A stretch of 64,000 bases of DNA, taken from the NCBI GenBank assembly GCA_963809485.1, contig CAWEJX010000017.1, forward strand, positions 96,001 to 160,000, written 5' to 3'. Each line of letters starts with the position of its first letter. Position 1 is the first letter of the stretch. Shown piece by piece: positions 1 through 9,502 of the stretch. The DNA comes from an uncultured Acidobacteriota bacterium (GTDB taxonomy: Bacteria; Acidobacteriota; UBA6911). A program made the translations under genes and the position numbers. The notes under the pieces are model-generated. The model saw only the letters and a list, made by a program, of their open reading frames with translations, did no database searches and was not told the DNA's origin.

Positions 1-2206
1 GGCCGAATTTGTTCGGGACCGCCGGATTGTTTTCAATCAGCAAAAGGGTCTGGAGATCCACAACGTAGATGGCCATCGTGGAAGACGCCGCGCCAAATAG
101 CAGTGAAGCCACTCCGCGGCCGTTTGCGGACATGGTATAAGTGCCGGTTACGGCGATGCCTTCCTGGGGTTCGCCGGCTTCATTGATGTCGGCGATTCCC
201 GATATGGTTCCAGATTCTCCATCGAAAGTAAGCTGGCCCGAATATATCGTGGATGAGCCCAGCTGTGTTCCGCGCAGCCCAAATCCATAGGTCCCGCTAA
301 TAGAGGAAACGTTAAATGGCCCGTTGGACTGCTCGCCAATCCGTCCGCCGGAAGCAAGCCAGAGGTCCCTCGAAACGAAAAAGGCTGACTGCGGCGAAAT
401 CATATACAGCCTGAGATTGTCCGTTGCGCCCGTCCTTACCATGGACGCGTATCCCTGTCCGTTGGCGTCAATCGCATAGCTGCCTGTAAAGGGCACATCT
501 GTCATAGTGCCGCCCACGTCCCTGTCCTGTGTGCCGCTCGAAATGGCTCCATTGCCATCGGCGGTGAAACGCCCTGCCCCAACCAATTGCGTGGGCGCAT
601 ACTCGGGCATCCCGCCGCTGAACTCGAACACCAGATTCCCGTTGAGAGAGGCTTTGGAGAAGGGTTCAACGCTCTGGCGCAAGGCCAAACCGATCAGCCC
701 TCTGCCGGTATCCGTGGAGGAGAAAATGAACGAATCAGCCGAAAGCATGTAATAGGTATAGTGGGTGGTCTGAGTGCCGGCCGTGATGGATAGCTGGCCG
801 CGGCCGGTTGTGTTGTTCGCCGCAGTGTAGTTGCCTGTGAACCATACGTTGCTTGCCACGGTGCCGTCGTCGTTGGTGTCCTGGATGCCGCTGGAAAGCT
901 TGCCGGACCCGTTTGCCGTGAACATTCCCGCTGCCGCGATAAAATCTTCGGCAGGGGTGAGGCCGTCATAGCCGAAGGCGAACCGTCCTGAAAGCCCTGT
1001 GGGGAAACTGTCCGGGTCCTGCCTTTCCAGGGCCCCCCACCCTGAGTCCTCTTCACCGAAAGCATTCAACCTTCCAGAATCCGCGCTGGACATGACCAGG
1101 CGCCAGCCGATATCGTTGGTGCCATACAGAATGTTCAAAATGCCCCGGCCGTCAGACCCGATCGAATAAGTCGCTGCGAAAGAAGCGCCGGCAATGGTCG
1201 CCGCCAGGTCATTTACGTCAAAAACTGCATTGGAAATACCTCCTGCGCCATCCGCCACAAAACTCCCGACGACAAAATACGGATTTGGCCCGTTCGCGCC
1301 CCAGAGACGAAGCGTGTAGTGGCCTTGCAGGCTCGCATTCGAAAAGGTAAGGGTGACAATCGCGAGCGCTTTTTGGCTCGGATCCGCTTTCGAGACGGCG
1401 GTCACTGTAACCTTTCCGGAAAGCGGAGGGGCTGAAGGAGCTGTGTAAAGGCCGGAGGCATCGATCGTTCCAAGCGGCCGGTCATTGCCCTCCGCTCCAC
1501 TCAACTTCCAGTCAACGGCGGCGCTGGCGTCGAACTGCTGCGTTGCACCAGCCGCCAGGGTCACAGCTGTCGGGGAAATGGTGACTGAGCTCGGGTCGGT
1601 GACGGTGACCGACGCTGTCGCGCTTTTTGCCATATTCAGTTGCCAGGCTGCCTTAATGGTGACTGTGGCCGGCGAAGGGACGCTCGCGGGCGCCGTGTAG
1701 AGTCCGCTCGAGCTGATTGTTCCGACGGTTGCGTTGCCGCCCTGGATATCGTTGACGAACCAGGCGGCTGCTTTGTTTGAGGTGAACTGCTGCGTCTTTC
1801 CCGCAGGGATGACGGCCACGGCCGGCGAGACTGCCATCTTAGGATAGATGGTTACCGGAGACGTGTCGGATTTCGTCGTGTCCGCCGCTGGAATCGCTTT
1901 GACGGTTACAGTGGCGGGATCAGGGATCGAAGCCGGCGCCGTGTACAGTCCGCCGTTCGTGATAGTGCCCACCGTTTCATTGCCGCCCAGGATGTCATTC
2001 ACGTACCAGCTGACGATGTAACTGCCTTGGTTGACCTCCGAAGAGAACTGCAGTGTTTCTGCAATTTCAAGAGATCCGCTCGCGGGAGAAACAGTGACAG
2101 AGACAGGAGGCGGTGGCGCGATATCATCGCCCCCTCCGCCGCCTCCACCGCAGCCTGTCAGTGTAACGATAGCAGCCAAAAACAGGAGCATTTTCAACGT
2201 TCGCAT
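1..2206 (-). CDS. Large lipoprotein with tandem Ig-like domains and repeated beta-rich domains (3' end runs off window)
   Basis: Not in the ORF track because it has no stop in the window. Translated manually from the ATG at 2206 (GGAGG upstream): MRTLKMLLFLAAIVTLTG-C lipobox, three GTIxxxGLYTAP Ig-like repeats, then repeated GxF(T/V)A(D/N)GxG...YxxxxxGRG units. The frame stays open to base 1. Confidence 0.8.
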   Translation of the reverse strand, partial: MRTLKMLLFLAAIVTLTGCGGGGGGGDDIAPPPPVSVTVSPASGSLEIAETLQFSSEVNQGSYIVSWYVNDILGGNETVGTITNGGLYTAPASIPDPATVTVKAIPAADTTKSDTSPVTIYPKMAVSPAVAVIPAGKTQQFTSNKAAAWFVNDIQGGNATVGTISSSGLYTAPASVPSPATVTIKAAWQLNMAKSATASVTVTDPSSVTISPTAVTLAAGATQQFDASAAVDWKLSGAEGNDRPLGTIDASGLYTAPSAPPLSGKVTVTAVSKADPSQKALAIVTLTFSNASLQGHYTLRLWGANGPNPYFVVGSFVADGAGGISNAVFDVNDLAATIAGASFAATYSIGSDGRGILNILYGTNDIGWRLVMSSADSGRLNAFGEEDSGWGALERQDPDSFPTGLSGRFAFGYDGLTPAEDFIAAAGMFTANGSGKLSSGIQDTNDDGTVASNVWFTGNYTAANNTTGRGQLSITAGTQTTHYTYYMLSADSFIFSSTDTGRGLIGLALRQSVEPFSKASLNGNLVFEFSGGMPEYAPTQLVGAGRFTADGNGAISSGTQDRDVGGTMTDVPFTGSYAIDANGQGYASMVRTGATDNLRLYMISPQSAFFVSRDLWLASGGRIGEQSNGPFNVSSISGTYGFGLRGTQLGSSTIYSGQLTFDGESGTISGIADINEAGEPQEGIAVTGTYTMSANGRGVASLLFGAASSTMAIYVVDLQTLLLIENNPAVPNKFG

Positions 2207-2625
2207 AGGGACCTCCATGGATCGCCAATAAAGAAGGGCGGATTTTCAGCTCTCCTTCCATTCACCGTTTCAGATTCAAGTATCAGGAAACTATGTCACC
2301 GCCAGCCTGTTTTCGCAGTCCGGGAAAGACCCTCAGGGCCGGTGTGAATGGAAGGCATTTTATGTCCAAAACCGCCGCATGCAATATGAAATAATTTCAA
2401 ATTTCCGGCAGGCGAAAATGGTCTCGGCCGCGGGCGAAGTTGCAGCAGATTATCCGTCCGGGTCCTGTTCGTAAGCAGGAAGTTCAGGACCAACAGGTTT
2501 GCCATAGATTCCCATTCCATCAAGGCGTTCACATGAATCCGAAGAAAAAATATGGAAATTGGCCGGCCATATTCTTTATGCTGTCGGCCTGCGCACTTAC
2601 AACTCATTGGAAAGGCGGGTATCCC

Positions 2626-3759
2626 ATGCGGAAATCTTTGATAATCGTTGCAGCATGCTTGTTGCTGTCCATGATTGCGGGAGGGTGCTCCTCGCAACAG
2701 AGTTCTACACAGACCGGTTCCACTCAAACCAGCCCAACGCCGGCTGCTTCCCAACCCTGCGACCGGGCTTGCCTCGAAGGATTCGTCGAAAAATACCTGG
2801 ACGCGGCCATCGCCCATGACCCAAAGCTATTGCCTCTTGCTCCGGATTTTATATTCACGGAGAACGGTCAGAGGCTGGAACTCCCCGATGCTCATTGGAA
2901 AATTATGACCGGCAAGGGGAAATACCGGTTGTTCGTTACCGACCCCGATGCCGGGCAGGTGGCCTGCCTGGCGACAATCCGCGAGGAAGGTCCCACGGAA
3001 GAAGGCATAGCTTCCGCCATCGCCCTCAGGTTGAAAATTAAGAACGGTCAAATCACAGAAATCGAAACACTGATCCCGCGCCCGCAAATGCCCATGGGGC
3101 CTGCGGGAAGCGCGGCGGCGGCTCCCCGTTTCCCGAGCACGGCAGAGCTCTACGAAAAGATGGGCACGCCCCATCCTGTGTACCTCGAGACCATCCCTCC
3201 CGCCGAGCGGATGTCACGAGCGGATCTCATCCGAGTCGCCAACATGTACTTTACCGGTTTGGAAAAGAACGACGGCAAGGGTGAGTATCCGTTCACGGAC
3301 GATTGCGTCCGCATTGAGGGAGGCATGCAGACCACGGGCGTTCCCTTGCGCCCCGGAGAGAAACGGCCGGATCCCAAAACGGCAACCATGTATTCAGCCA
3401 GCTGGGGATGCAAGGAGCAGTTTGAATCCGGGCTGATTCACTTCGTGTGGCGCATTCGCGACCGCCGGTACGTCGCGGTCGACCAGGAGCGCGGCATAGT
3501 CTTCAGTTTTGCCTTCTTTGATCACGCGCTCGGCAAGGACCGCACCTTCCAGACGCCGGACGGGCGCACCATAACAGCCGGCCCGATCCAGCCCAATGGC
3601 TGGGAAATCGCCGAATTGTTCAAAATCGAAAAGGGCCTGATCCGCCGGATCGAAGCCATCATGGTTTCGCCGCCCTATGGGATGAACTCCGGTTGGAGCA
3701 CCTGGAAAGAGGGTTTGTCCAGCGAAGCGCGGGATGTGACGGGAGTCGCCGGCCGCTGA
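2626..3759 (+). CDS. Hypothetical lipoprotein (CDRACL..Y..A...HDP type, likely two related domains)
   Basis: Lies within ORF 2440..3759. Start refined to MRKSLIIVAACLLLSMIAGG-C (lipobox) followed by a S/T/Q/P linker. Confidence 0.75.
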   Translation: MRKSLIIVAACLLLSMIAGGCSSQQSSTQTGSTQTSPTPAASQPCDRACLEGFVEKYLDAAIAHDPKLLPLAPDFIFTENGQRLELPDAHWKIMTGKGKYRLFVTDPDAGQVACLATIREEGPTEEGIASAIALRLKIKNGQITEIETLIPRPQMPMGPAGSAAAAPRFPSTAELYEKMGTPHPVYLETIPPAERMSRADLIRVANMYFTGLEKNDGKGEYPFTDDCVRIEGGMQTTGVPLRPGEKRPDPKTATMYSASWGCKEQFESGLIHFVWRIRDRRYVAVDQERGIVFSFAFFDHALGKDRTFQTPDGRTITAGPIQPNGWEIAELFKIEKGLIRRIEAIMVSPPYGMNSGWSTWKEGLSSEARDVTGVAGR

Positions 3760-3875
3760 TGCGCAATCGGCATTGCATCTGCACGGTGAACCCTGGATGT
3801 CTCGAGCCCTCGCGGGATACAAGCAGCAGGGCACGGTTCGCTGTACCCCTCCGATCTTGACGCCGTAATCCGCCT

Positions 3876-4457
3876 TTACTTGGCGGGCGGCGCGTAGTGG
3901 AATTCGTATTTCGAGGTTAGCGCCACGGCCATGCAAAGGAACGGCTTTTGGAATTTAAGCGTTTCCATGGGGCAATGCCACACCTCCTTAGGGATCACTA
4001 CGACGGTCGGGACCGAGAATATGTGATCCACTTCTTCTCCCTTCGGCCCTATCTTGAAGTTCACTTCTGCCCCAAGTTCGGTGCTGGAGGGATCGGAGCC
4101 TATAAAGTAAATCACCTCGTCATGATCGTGGATGTGCGGCTCCTTGGACGCTCCCAACGGCCCCACCTTTGTTCCGAAAGCATAGATGATATTGCAGGGA
4201 AAGCCGTTGAGTTTGTCTGCGCCCATCGAAAACATGACCGTCTCACCCATTTTGCGGATGGGAATAGGAATGATGCATTTCCCGTACTTGCTCTTCCCGT
4301 CCGCCATTTCGCGGGAGACACCCTGGACAAGAGGACCCGCGTTAAGGGTCCAGCCCAACATGGCATTTGCGGCTGCAACCGCAGCGCCGCCCACGGCCAC
4401 TTCCCTGACAAACCCTCTTCGCGATGTGCCGTTTTTTATCCTGTCGATAAGACTCAT
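3876..4457 (-). CDS. Tat-signal cupin-domain protein
   Basis: SRRGFV twin-arginine leader; cupin metal motifs PHIHDHDE and IPKEVWHCP. Confidence 0.75.
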   Translation of the reverse strand: MSLIDRIKNGTSRRGFVREVAVGGAAVAAANAMLGWTLNAGPLVQGVSREMADGKSKYGKCIIPIPIRKMGETVMFSMGADKLNGFPCNIIYAFGTKVGPLGASKEPHIHDHDEVIYFIGSDPSSTELGAEVNFKIGPKGEEVDHIFSVPTVVVIPKEVWHCPMETLKFQKPFLCMAVALTSKYEFHYAPPAK

Positions 4458-4654
4458 TGCAATTTTTCCCCTTTCCGAATGGATGATCATCTTTCGAACT
4501 TATGGATTGCGCGAATACGCATACTATTTTACACCGGACTAAGAGCTGAAACGGAATACTATCATGCCCATCCGCGGCGAACGGCCAAGGATTCCCACAT
4601 CGCAGATCGTCAAAGGACCAAAGCCCCGATTGGGCCCTGCCGCGGGCATGGAGC

Positions 4655-6028
4655 CTAATCCTTGAACTCAGTGACAAGCGCGTTAATGCTCTCCTTGGCA
4701 TCGCCCAGGAGCATGCGCGTGTTTGGGGCGGCGAAAAGCGGATTATCTACTCCGGCGAAACCGGCTTTGAGCGAACGCTTCAGCACAATACACACCCGCG
4801 CCTGGTCCACATTGATGATAGGCATTCCGTAAAGGGGTGTCCCTTTTTCTCGCGCTGCGGGGTTGACCACGTCGTTCGCGCCGATCACCACAGCCACATC
4901 CACGGACGCAATCGTCGGGTTAACATCCTGGGGCTCGACCAGCTGTTCATAAGGGACCTGGGCTTCCGCAAGCAGTACATTCATATGCCCCGGCATGCGG
5001 CCGGCCACAGGGTGCACGCAGTACCGGACTTCGCAGCCGTTGGCTTCCAGCAGGTCGCCCAGTTCGCGCACGGCATGCTGCGCCTGGGCAACGGCCATTC
5101 CGTATCCCGGCACAAAGACGACGGATGAAGCAGCCTCGAGCATAAGGTACGCATCTTCGGTGGACACGGTCCTGGCTTCGCCCCGGAAGACTGCTTCTCC
5201 CGAGCCGGCGCCAACTCCTCCGAACATGACGTTGGCCAGGGACCGGTTCATGGCCCGGCACATGATGCGGGTCAGGATCAGGCCGCTGGCGCCTACGAGC
5301 GCACCGGCCACGATCAGGACGTTGTTCATGATCACGAAGCCCGCCCCGCATGCCGCAAGGCCGGAGTAGCTGTTGAGCAGAGAAATCACCACGGGCATGT
5401 CCGCGCCGCCGATCGGAATCGTCACCAGCACGCCCAGGATCAACGAAACGGCCGCCAGCCCGATGAAAACTCCGTACGACCAACCCGGCTGGACACACAC
5501 CCTTGCCGAAGCCGCAATTGCCAGGACGAGCAGAGCCGCATTCAGGATCTTCTGGCCGGAAAACAATGCGGGCCTCCCGTCCATCTTCCCGCCCAGTTTC
5601 GCATAGGCGATCATGCTGCCCGAAAAAGTCACTCCGCCGATAAGAACCGTCGCCCCGATGGCAACCAGCGTGAATATCCGCGCCGATGCCGGGGCCGCAT
5701 GGATCAGGTGGTATTCGGCCCAGCCGACCAGAAGGCTTGCGAGACCTCCAAAACCGTTGAACAGGCCTACCATTTCGGGCATGGCCGTCATCCGGACCCT
5801 GCGCGCAACGACGCCGCCGATTACGGCGCCGCCGATGGAGCCAACGGCGATCCATTCGAAAGACATGCCTGAATAGAGCAGGGTCGCTACTATGGCCAGC
5901 AACATGCCGAGCGAAGAGATCATGTTGCCTTTGCGGGCACTGTCGGTCCGGCTCAACTGCTTCAGCCCGATGATGAACAGGACCGACGCCGCAATATAGA
6001 AATAGGGAATGATGGATTCGAATTTCAC
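4655..6028 (-). CDS. pntB: NAD(P) transhydrogenase subunit beta
   Basis: MTAMPEMV, IGGADMPVVISLLNSYSG, VPGYGMAVAQAQH, HPVAGRMPGHMNVLLAEA and GANDVVNP motifs. Confidence 0.97.
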   Translation of the reverse strand: MKFESIIPYFYIAASVLFIIGLKQLSRTDSARKGNMISSLGMLLAIVATLLYSGMSFEWIAVGSIGGAVIGGVVARRVRMTAMPEMVGLFNGFGGLASLLVGWAEYHLIHAAPASARIFTLVAIGATVLIGGVTFSGSMIAYAKLGGKMDGRPALFSGQKILNAALLVLAIAASARVCVQPGWSYGVFIGLAAVSLILGVLVTIPIGGADMPVVISLLNSYSGLAACGAGFVIMNNVLIVAGALVGASGLILTRIMCRAMNRSLANVMFGGVGAGSGEAVFRGEARTVSTEDAYLMLEAASSVVFVPGYGMAVAQAQHAVRELGDLLEANGCEVRYCVHPVAGRMPGHMNVLLAEAQVPYEQLVEPQDVNPTIASVDVAVVIGANDVVNPAAREKGTPLYGMPIINVDQARVCIVLKRSLKAGFAGVDNPLFAAPNTRMLLGDAKESINALVTEFKD

Positions 6029-6477
6029 GGCTTGCCCCGGTCCTTGCGCTTGAACATGCTCAACATGCGGTCCGTCACCAGGTATCCCCCGACGACGTTT
6101 ATCATCGCCAGAGCGACCGCCAATGTACCCAGAACAACCATCACGGTCCCCCGTCCGGTGCCAGCCGCGATCAATGCACCGACAACCGTGATCCCGGAAA
6201 TGGCATTGGAGCCGGACATCAGGGGGGTGTGCAGCTGGGAAGGGACCTTGGAAATCATCTCGAAACCGAGAAAGATGGCGAGCACGAACACAAAGATCAG
6301 CAAACCCATGCCGCCCTCATTCCCGCTTTCCTGCGCGGCCGTTCCTTCACTCCGTGCGGGCTGCGCCGCATGACCGGCCATGCCTTTGTCAGAGGGCCCG
6401 GGCGAAGCCTGAACAGCGGCCGTTCCCGCAAGGATCAGCAAGCCGCATATCCCCGCAACAAGCCATGTTCTCTTCAT
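6025..6477 (-). CDS. pntAB: NAD(P) transhydrogenase subunit alpha part 2 (membrane), with N-terminal extension
   Basis: KVPSQLHTPLMSGSNAISG and NVVGGYLVTDRML motifs; ATG at 6477 overlaps the stop of the alpha-1 gene. Confidence 0.93.
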   Translation of the reverse strand: MKRTWLVAGICGLLILAGTAAVQASPGPSDKGMAGHAAQPARSEGTAAQESGNEGGMGLLIFVFVLAIFLGFEMISKVPSQLHTPLMSGSNAISGITVVGALIAAGTGRGTVMVVLGTLAVALAMINVVGGYLVTDRMLSMFKRKDRGKP

Positions 6478-7622
6478 CCCTTCTTCTCCCACCGTTCGAC
6501 CAGCGCCCTGAGATTGGCGTTGCGGATCACTCCTTCGTGCACGACGAGGCACCCATCCATGATTTCGTCTTTGGTATCCAGCTTCAGCGCATTGGTCCCG
6601 GCGTCCCAGAAGTGCTCGACAAGATTTCCCAGGTTATTGGAATACATGAGGCTCGCATGGGCGGCGACACGCCCCGGGAGGTTGCCAATGCCGATCACAC
6701 GGACTCCGCCGATGTCGACTTCACGGTTCAGCTCGGATCCTTCGACATTTCCGCCTGTCTCAACCGCCATGTCCACGACGATGCTTCCCGGCTTCATGCC
6801 CTCGACCATCGCGCGGGTCAGTATGCGCGGAGCGGGCCGGCCAAATACCAGTGCGGTCGTAATCACAACGTCCGCCATGGCGGCGTGTTTTGCCATGGCT
6901 TGGCGCTGCAGTTCGAGCTGGCCGGGAGTCAATTCCAGAGCATATCCATCTTTCGTCTGGCCGGTATCCCCGAGGTCCACGCGCACGAAACGCGCACCCA
7001 GCGATTGCACCTGCTCAGCCACCCCGGGACGCGTATCAAACGCCTCCACGCGCGCTCCCAGGCGCCTGGCCGTGGCGATGGCCTGCAGGCCGGCCACGCC
7101 CGCGCCGATGATGAACACCCTGGCCGGCGCGATAGTGCCGGACGCTGTCATCATCATCGGAAATATCCGGTTCAGCCGCTCGGCCGCAATTATGACGGCT
7201 GCATAACCGGCCAGACTGGCCTGGGAACTCAGAGAATCCATTTTCTGGGCGATGGTCGTACGCGGGATCATTTCCATGCAGATCGCGCTTACCCCGGCAT
7301 CCGCCAGCCTCTTCAGAATCTCCGGATTTTGAAACGGATCGAGATGGCCGATATGGATGCAGCCTTCCCTCATTAAGGCCACCTCGTCGAGTGCCGGGGG
7401 GCGCAGCCGCAGCACGATATCGGCGGAACGCAAGCAACCGACTCTGTCCGGATTGACTTCGGCGCCGGCTTCCTCATATTCGCTGTCGCGAACCGCGATG
7501 GATGCCGCCAGACCGGACTCAACAATCACAGAGGCGCCGAGCTGCCTGAGTTTCTTTATGGTTTCCGGCACCACTGCAACGCGCGACTCGCCGGGTGTCT
7601 CTTTGGGAACAAACAGTTTCAC
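6474..7622 (-). CDS. pntAA: NAD(P) transhydrogenase subunit alpha part 1 (NAD-binding)
   Basis: GTG start after a GGAGG RBS; PKE..GESRVA, AQKMDSLSSQA, GAGVAGLQA and DMAVETGGNVE motifs. Confidence 0.95.
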   Translation of the reverse strand: MKLFVPKETPGESRVAVVPETIKKLRQLGASVIVESGLAASIAVRDSEYEEAGAEVNPDRVGCLRSADIVLRLRPPALDEVALMREGCIHIGHLDPFQNPEILKRLADAGVSAICMEMIPRTTIAQKMDSLSSQASLAGYAAVIIAAERLNRIFPMMMTASGTIAPARVFIIGAGVAGLQAIATARRLGARVEAFDTRPGVAEQVQSLGARFVRVDLGDTGQTKDGYALELTPGQLELQRQAMAKHAAMADVVITTALVFGRPAPRILTRAMVEGMKPGSIVVDMAVETGGNVEGSELNREVDIGGVRVIGIGNLPGRVAAHASLMYSNNLGNLVEHFWDAGTNALKLDTKDEIMDGCLVVHEGVIRNANLRALVERWEKKG

Positions 7623-7890
7623 TCGCCGCCATCCTCCTCGCGATATTGCATAAAAAGCCTGGCTCAACGGCTCTAAACACAGGTTACCGGAATGGGAGCC
7701 AGGATGCCAGCCGGGCTTGCAGCATGATCCCTACCAATTTCCCGGCATTGGGGCGGGAAACCCATCGCGCCGCGAGGTAAAGGATAGCGACATGAAGCTG
7801 CGCTTCCTGCGAGGAAGGGATCCCTATAGATATCGAGCGAGTCCGGTACCGGCGAAAAAGCGATTCAAGCAAGGCGCAGGATCGTTCTAT

Positions 7891-8253
7891 CTAACGTCCC
7901 GGATTGTATAGGGCCAATCCCAAATCCCGCGGGGATAAAAAGATTGCCGCCTTTTTATCCTTGCCAATGATGGCTTTCTTGTATTTTTCGGTCGGTCCTG
8001 TTGCAAGGTACCAGATCGGTGTGTCGATCCTCCTGAAATATATCGGGGCGTGCTTCAAACCGGCAGGGATGAAAACAGCGCAGCTTTTCTTAATCATATG
8101 CTTTTCCCCGCCGATCCACAGCTCGACCTCGCCGCCCAGATCGTTCGCATCCTTGGGATTCGTACCGAGGAATATCAAGTATTCGTCGAAATTATGATCG
8201 TGCGCCTCCGCAGGACTGCCCTGGCCCGTGACCTTTTGCCACCATGCAGCCAT
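7891..8253 (-). CDS. Cupin-domain protein, apparently N-terminally truncated
   Basis: AHDHNFDEYLIFLG..LGGEVELWIGGEKH..IPAGLKHAP; paralog of the cupins at 3876 and 63042; the 5' end abuts an IS200-like end. Confidence 0.65.
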   Translation of the reverse strand: MAAWWQKVTGQGSPAEAHDHNFDEYLIFLGTNPKDANDLGGEVELWIGGEKHMIKKSCAVFIPAGLKHAPIYFRRIDTPIWYLATGPTEKYKKAIIGKDKKAAIFLSPRDLGLALYNPGR

Positions 8254-8265
8254 AAAATAATAGGA

Positions 8266-8321
8266 TCCCGGAGCTGTCAGACTCTGTGAGTCCCCCAGCA
8301 GAGCCGGGTGATTGCCCGTTT
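8266..8321 (-). mobile_element. IS200/IS605-like left-end hairpin (solo end or remnant)
   Basis: Minus-strand aaacgggcaatcacccggctctgctgggggactcacagagtctgacagctccggga matches the ends of the elements at 19.8, 23.3 and 62.7 kb. Confidence 0.6.
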
Positions 8322-8609
8322 ATTCAAATTCGCATAATGAATTTCCTTACTGGCAGCGAATGCGGATACGCCGTCCCGAAACCAAACGCTCCGGGATCCC
8401 ATGTCTGCGCCCTGTGATTGCCGGCAGGCATTGGTTTTTCCGCCGTCGTTCAAAGGCGCGACGAACACAGATAAATTGAAAGAATGATTCAATCCTGATA
8501 TATAAGTATGTTTCCGAAATGAAGCTTTTGCGCATTATTCAGCGCATGCCCTTGCTGAAGCAGGAACACCGGAGGGTAATTACGGAAGACAATGGGAAAA
8601 CGGGCAAAA

Positions 8610-9452
8610 ATGGACAGAAGAATATTTCTAAAGGCTGTAGGCGCTCTGGGCAGCTCCGTTTTAGCCGCTCCGGCCGTCGGAGCCGCCGAAAATTTCCGGA
8701 ACAACAAACCGGTCGGAGTGCTGGTTGATGAAACGCGATGTATAGGATGCCGAAAATGCGAGCTGGCATGCGCCGAAGCTCATGGGCTGCCCAAACCGAA
8801 TCTTGAAGCGTCAGCGATAGTCGGGAAGCAGCGTCCGACGACGGAATCGCAATTGACGGTGGTCAATGGCTATGGGACGGCTGGCGAAGAAACATATGCA
8901 AAAAGGCAATGCATGCATTGCGCACAGCCGGCATGTGTCAGCGCCTGTCTGACGGGAGCCATGCACCTAAGCAGCGAAGGTCCCGTATTATGGGACCCCA
9001 AAAAATGCATGGGTTGCCGGTATTGCATGATCGCCTGCCCGTTTGACATGCCGAAATTCGAATACCACAAAGCTATTCCAAAAATCCAGAAGTGCGATCT
9101 GTGTCACGATCGGCTTCAGGAAGGGAAACAGCCGGCGTGTGTGGAGATCTGTCCCGCGAAGGTAATGTTGTTCGGCAAACGAAACGATCTGATCGAAACC
9201 GCTCGAACGCGCATCTACGGGCAGCCGGCCGAATACTCTCACTCTATATACGGAGAGCAGGAAGTGGGAGGAACGGGATGGATCTATATTTCACCGGTTC
9301 CGATGGAGCAGCTGGGCTTCCAAGCGAATCTCGGGACTGTCGCATACCCGGAATACACCAAACAATTTCTCTACAGCGTCCCCGTGGTGCTCATCCTCTG
9401 GCCCGCCATGCTGCTCGCGCTCAACCGGGCAACCCGATCCGAGGAAAAATAG
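8610..9452 (+). CDS. Tat-exported 4x[4Fe-4S] protein, HybA/HmcB/NrfC-like
   Basis: DRRIFLK Tat motif; CIGCRKCELAC, CMHCAQPAC..AC, CMGCRYCMIAC and CDLC..PACVEIC; C-terminal TM anchor. Confidence 0.9.
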   Translation: MDRRIFLKAVGALGSSVLAAPAVGAAENFRNNKPVGVLVDETRCIGCRKCELACAEAHGLPKPNLEASAIVGKQRPTTESQLTVVNGYGTAGEETYAKRQCMHCAQPACVSACLTGAMHLSSEGPVLWDPKKCMGCRYCMIACPFDMPKFEYHKAIPKIQKCDLCHDRLQEGKQPACVEICPAKVMLFGKRNDLIETARTRIYGQPAEYSHSIYGEQEVGGTGWIYISPVPMEQLGFQANLGTVAYPEYTKQFLYSVPVVLILWPAMLLALNRATRSEEK

Positions 9453-9502
9453 AAAACATTGAATGCGGAGGTGCGAGGTTGCCCGGAGCCAGTGAATTCC
9501 AA

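Noticed and set aside
8535-8560. Sigma-54 promoter upstream of the HybA-like gene
   Set aside because: TTGCT is present, but the required GG at -24 is not at the correct spacing.
9092-9502. N-terminal extension of the NrfD-like ORF
   Set aside because: It overlaps the HybA-like gene out of frame, and homology begins after the ATG at 9503.
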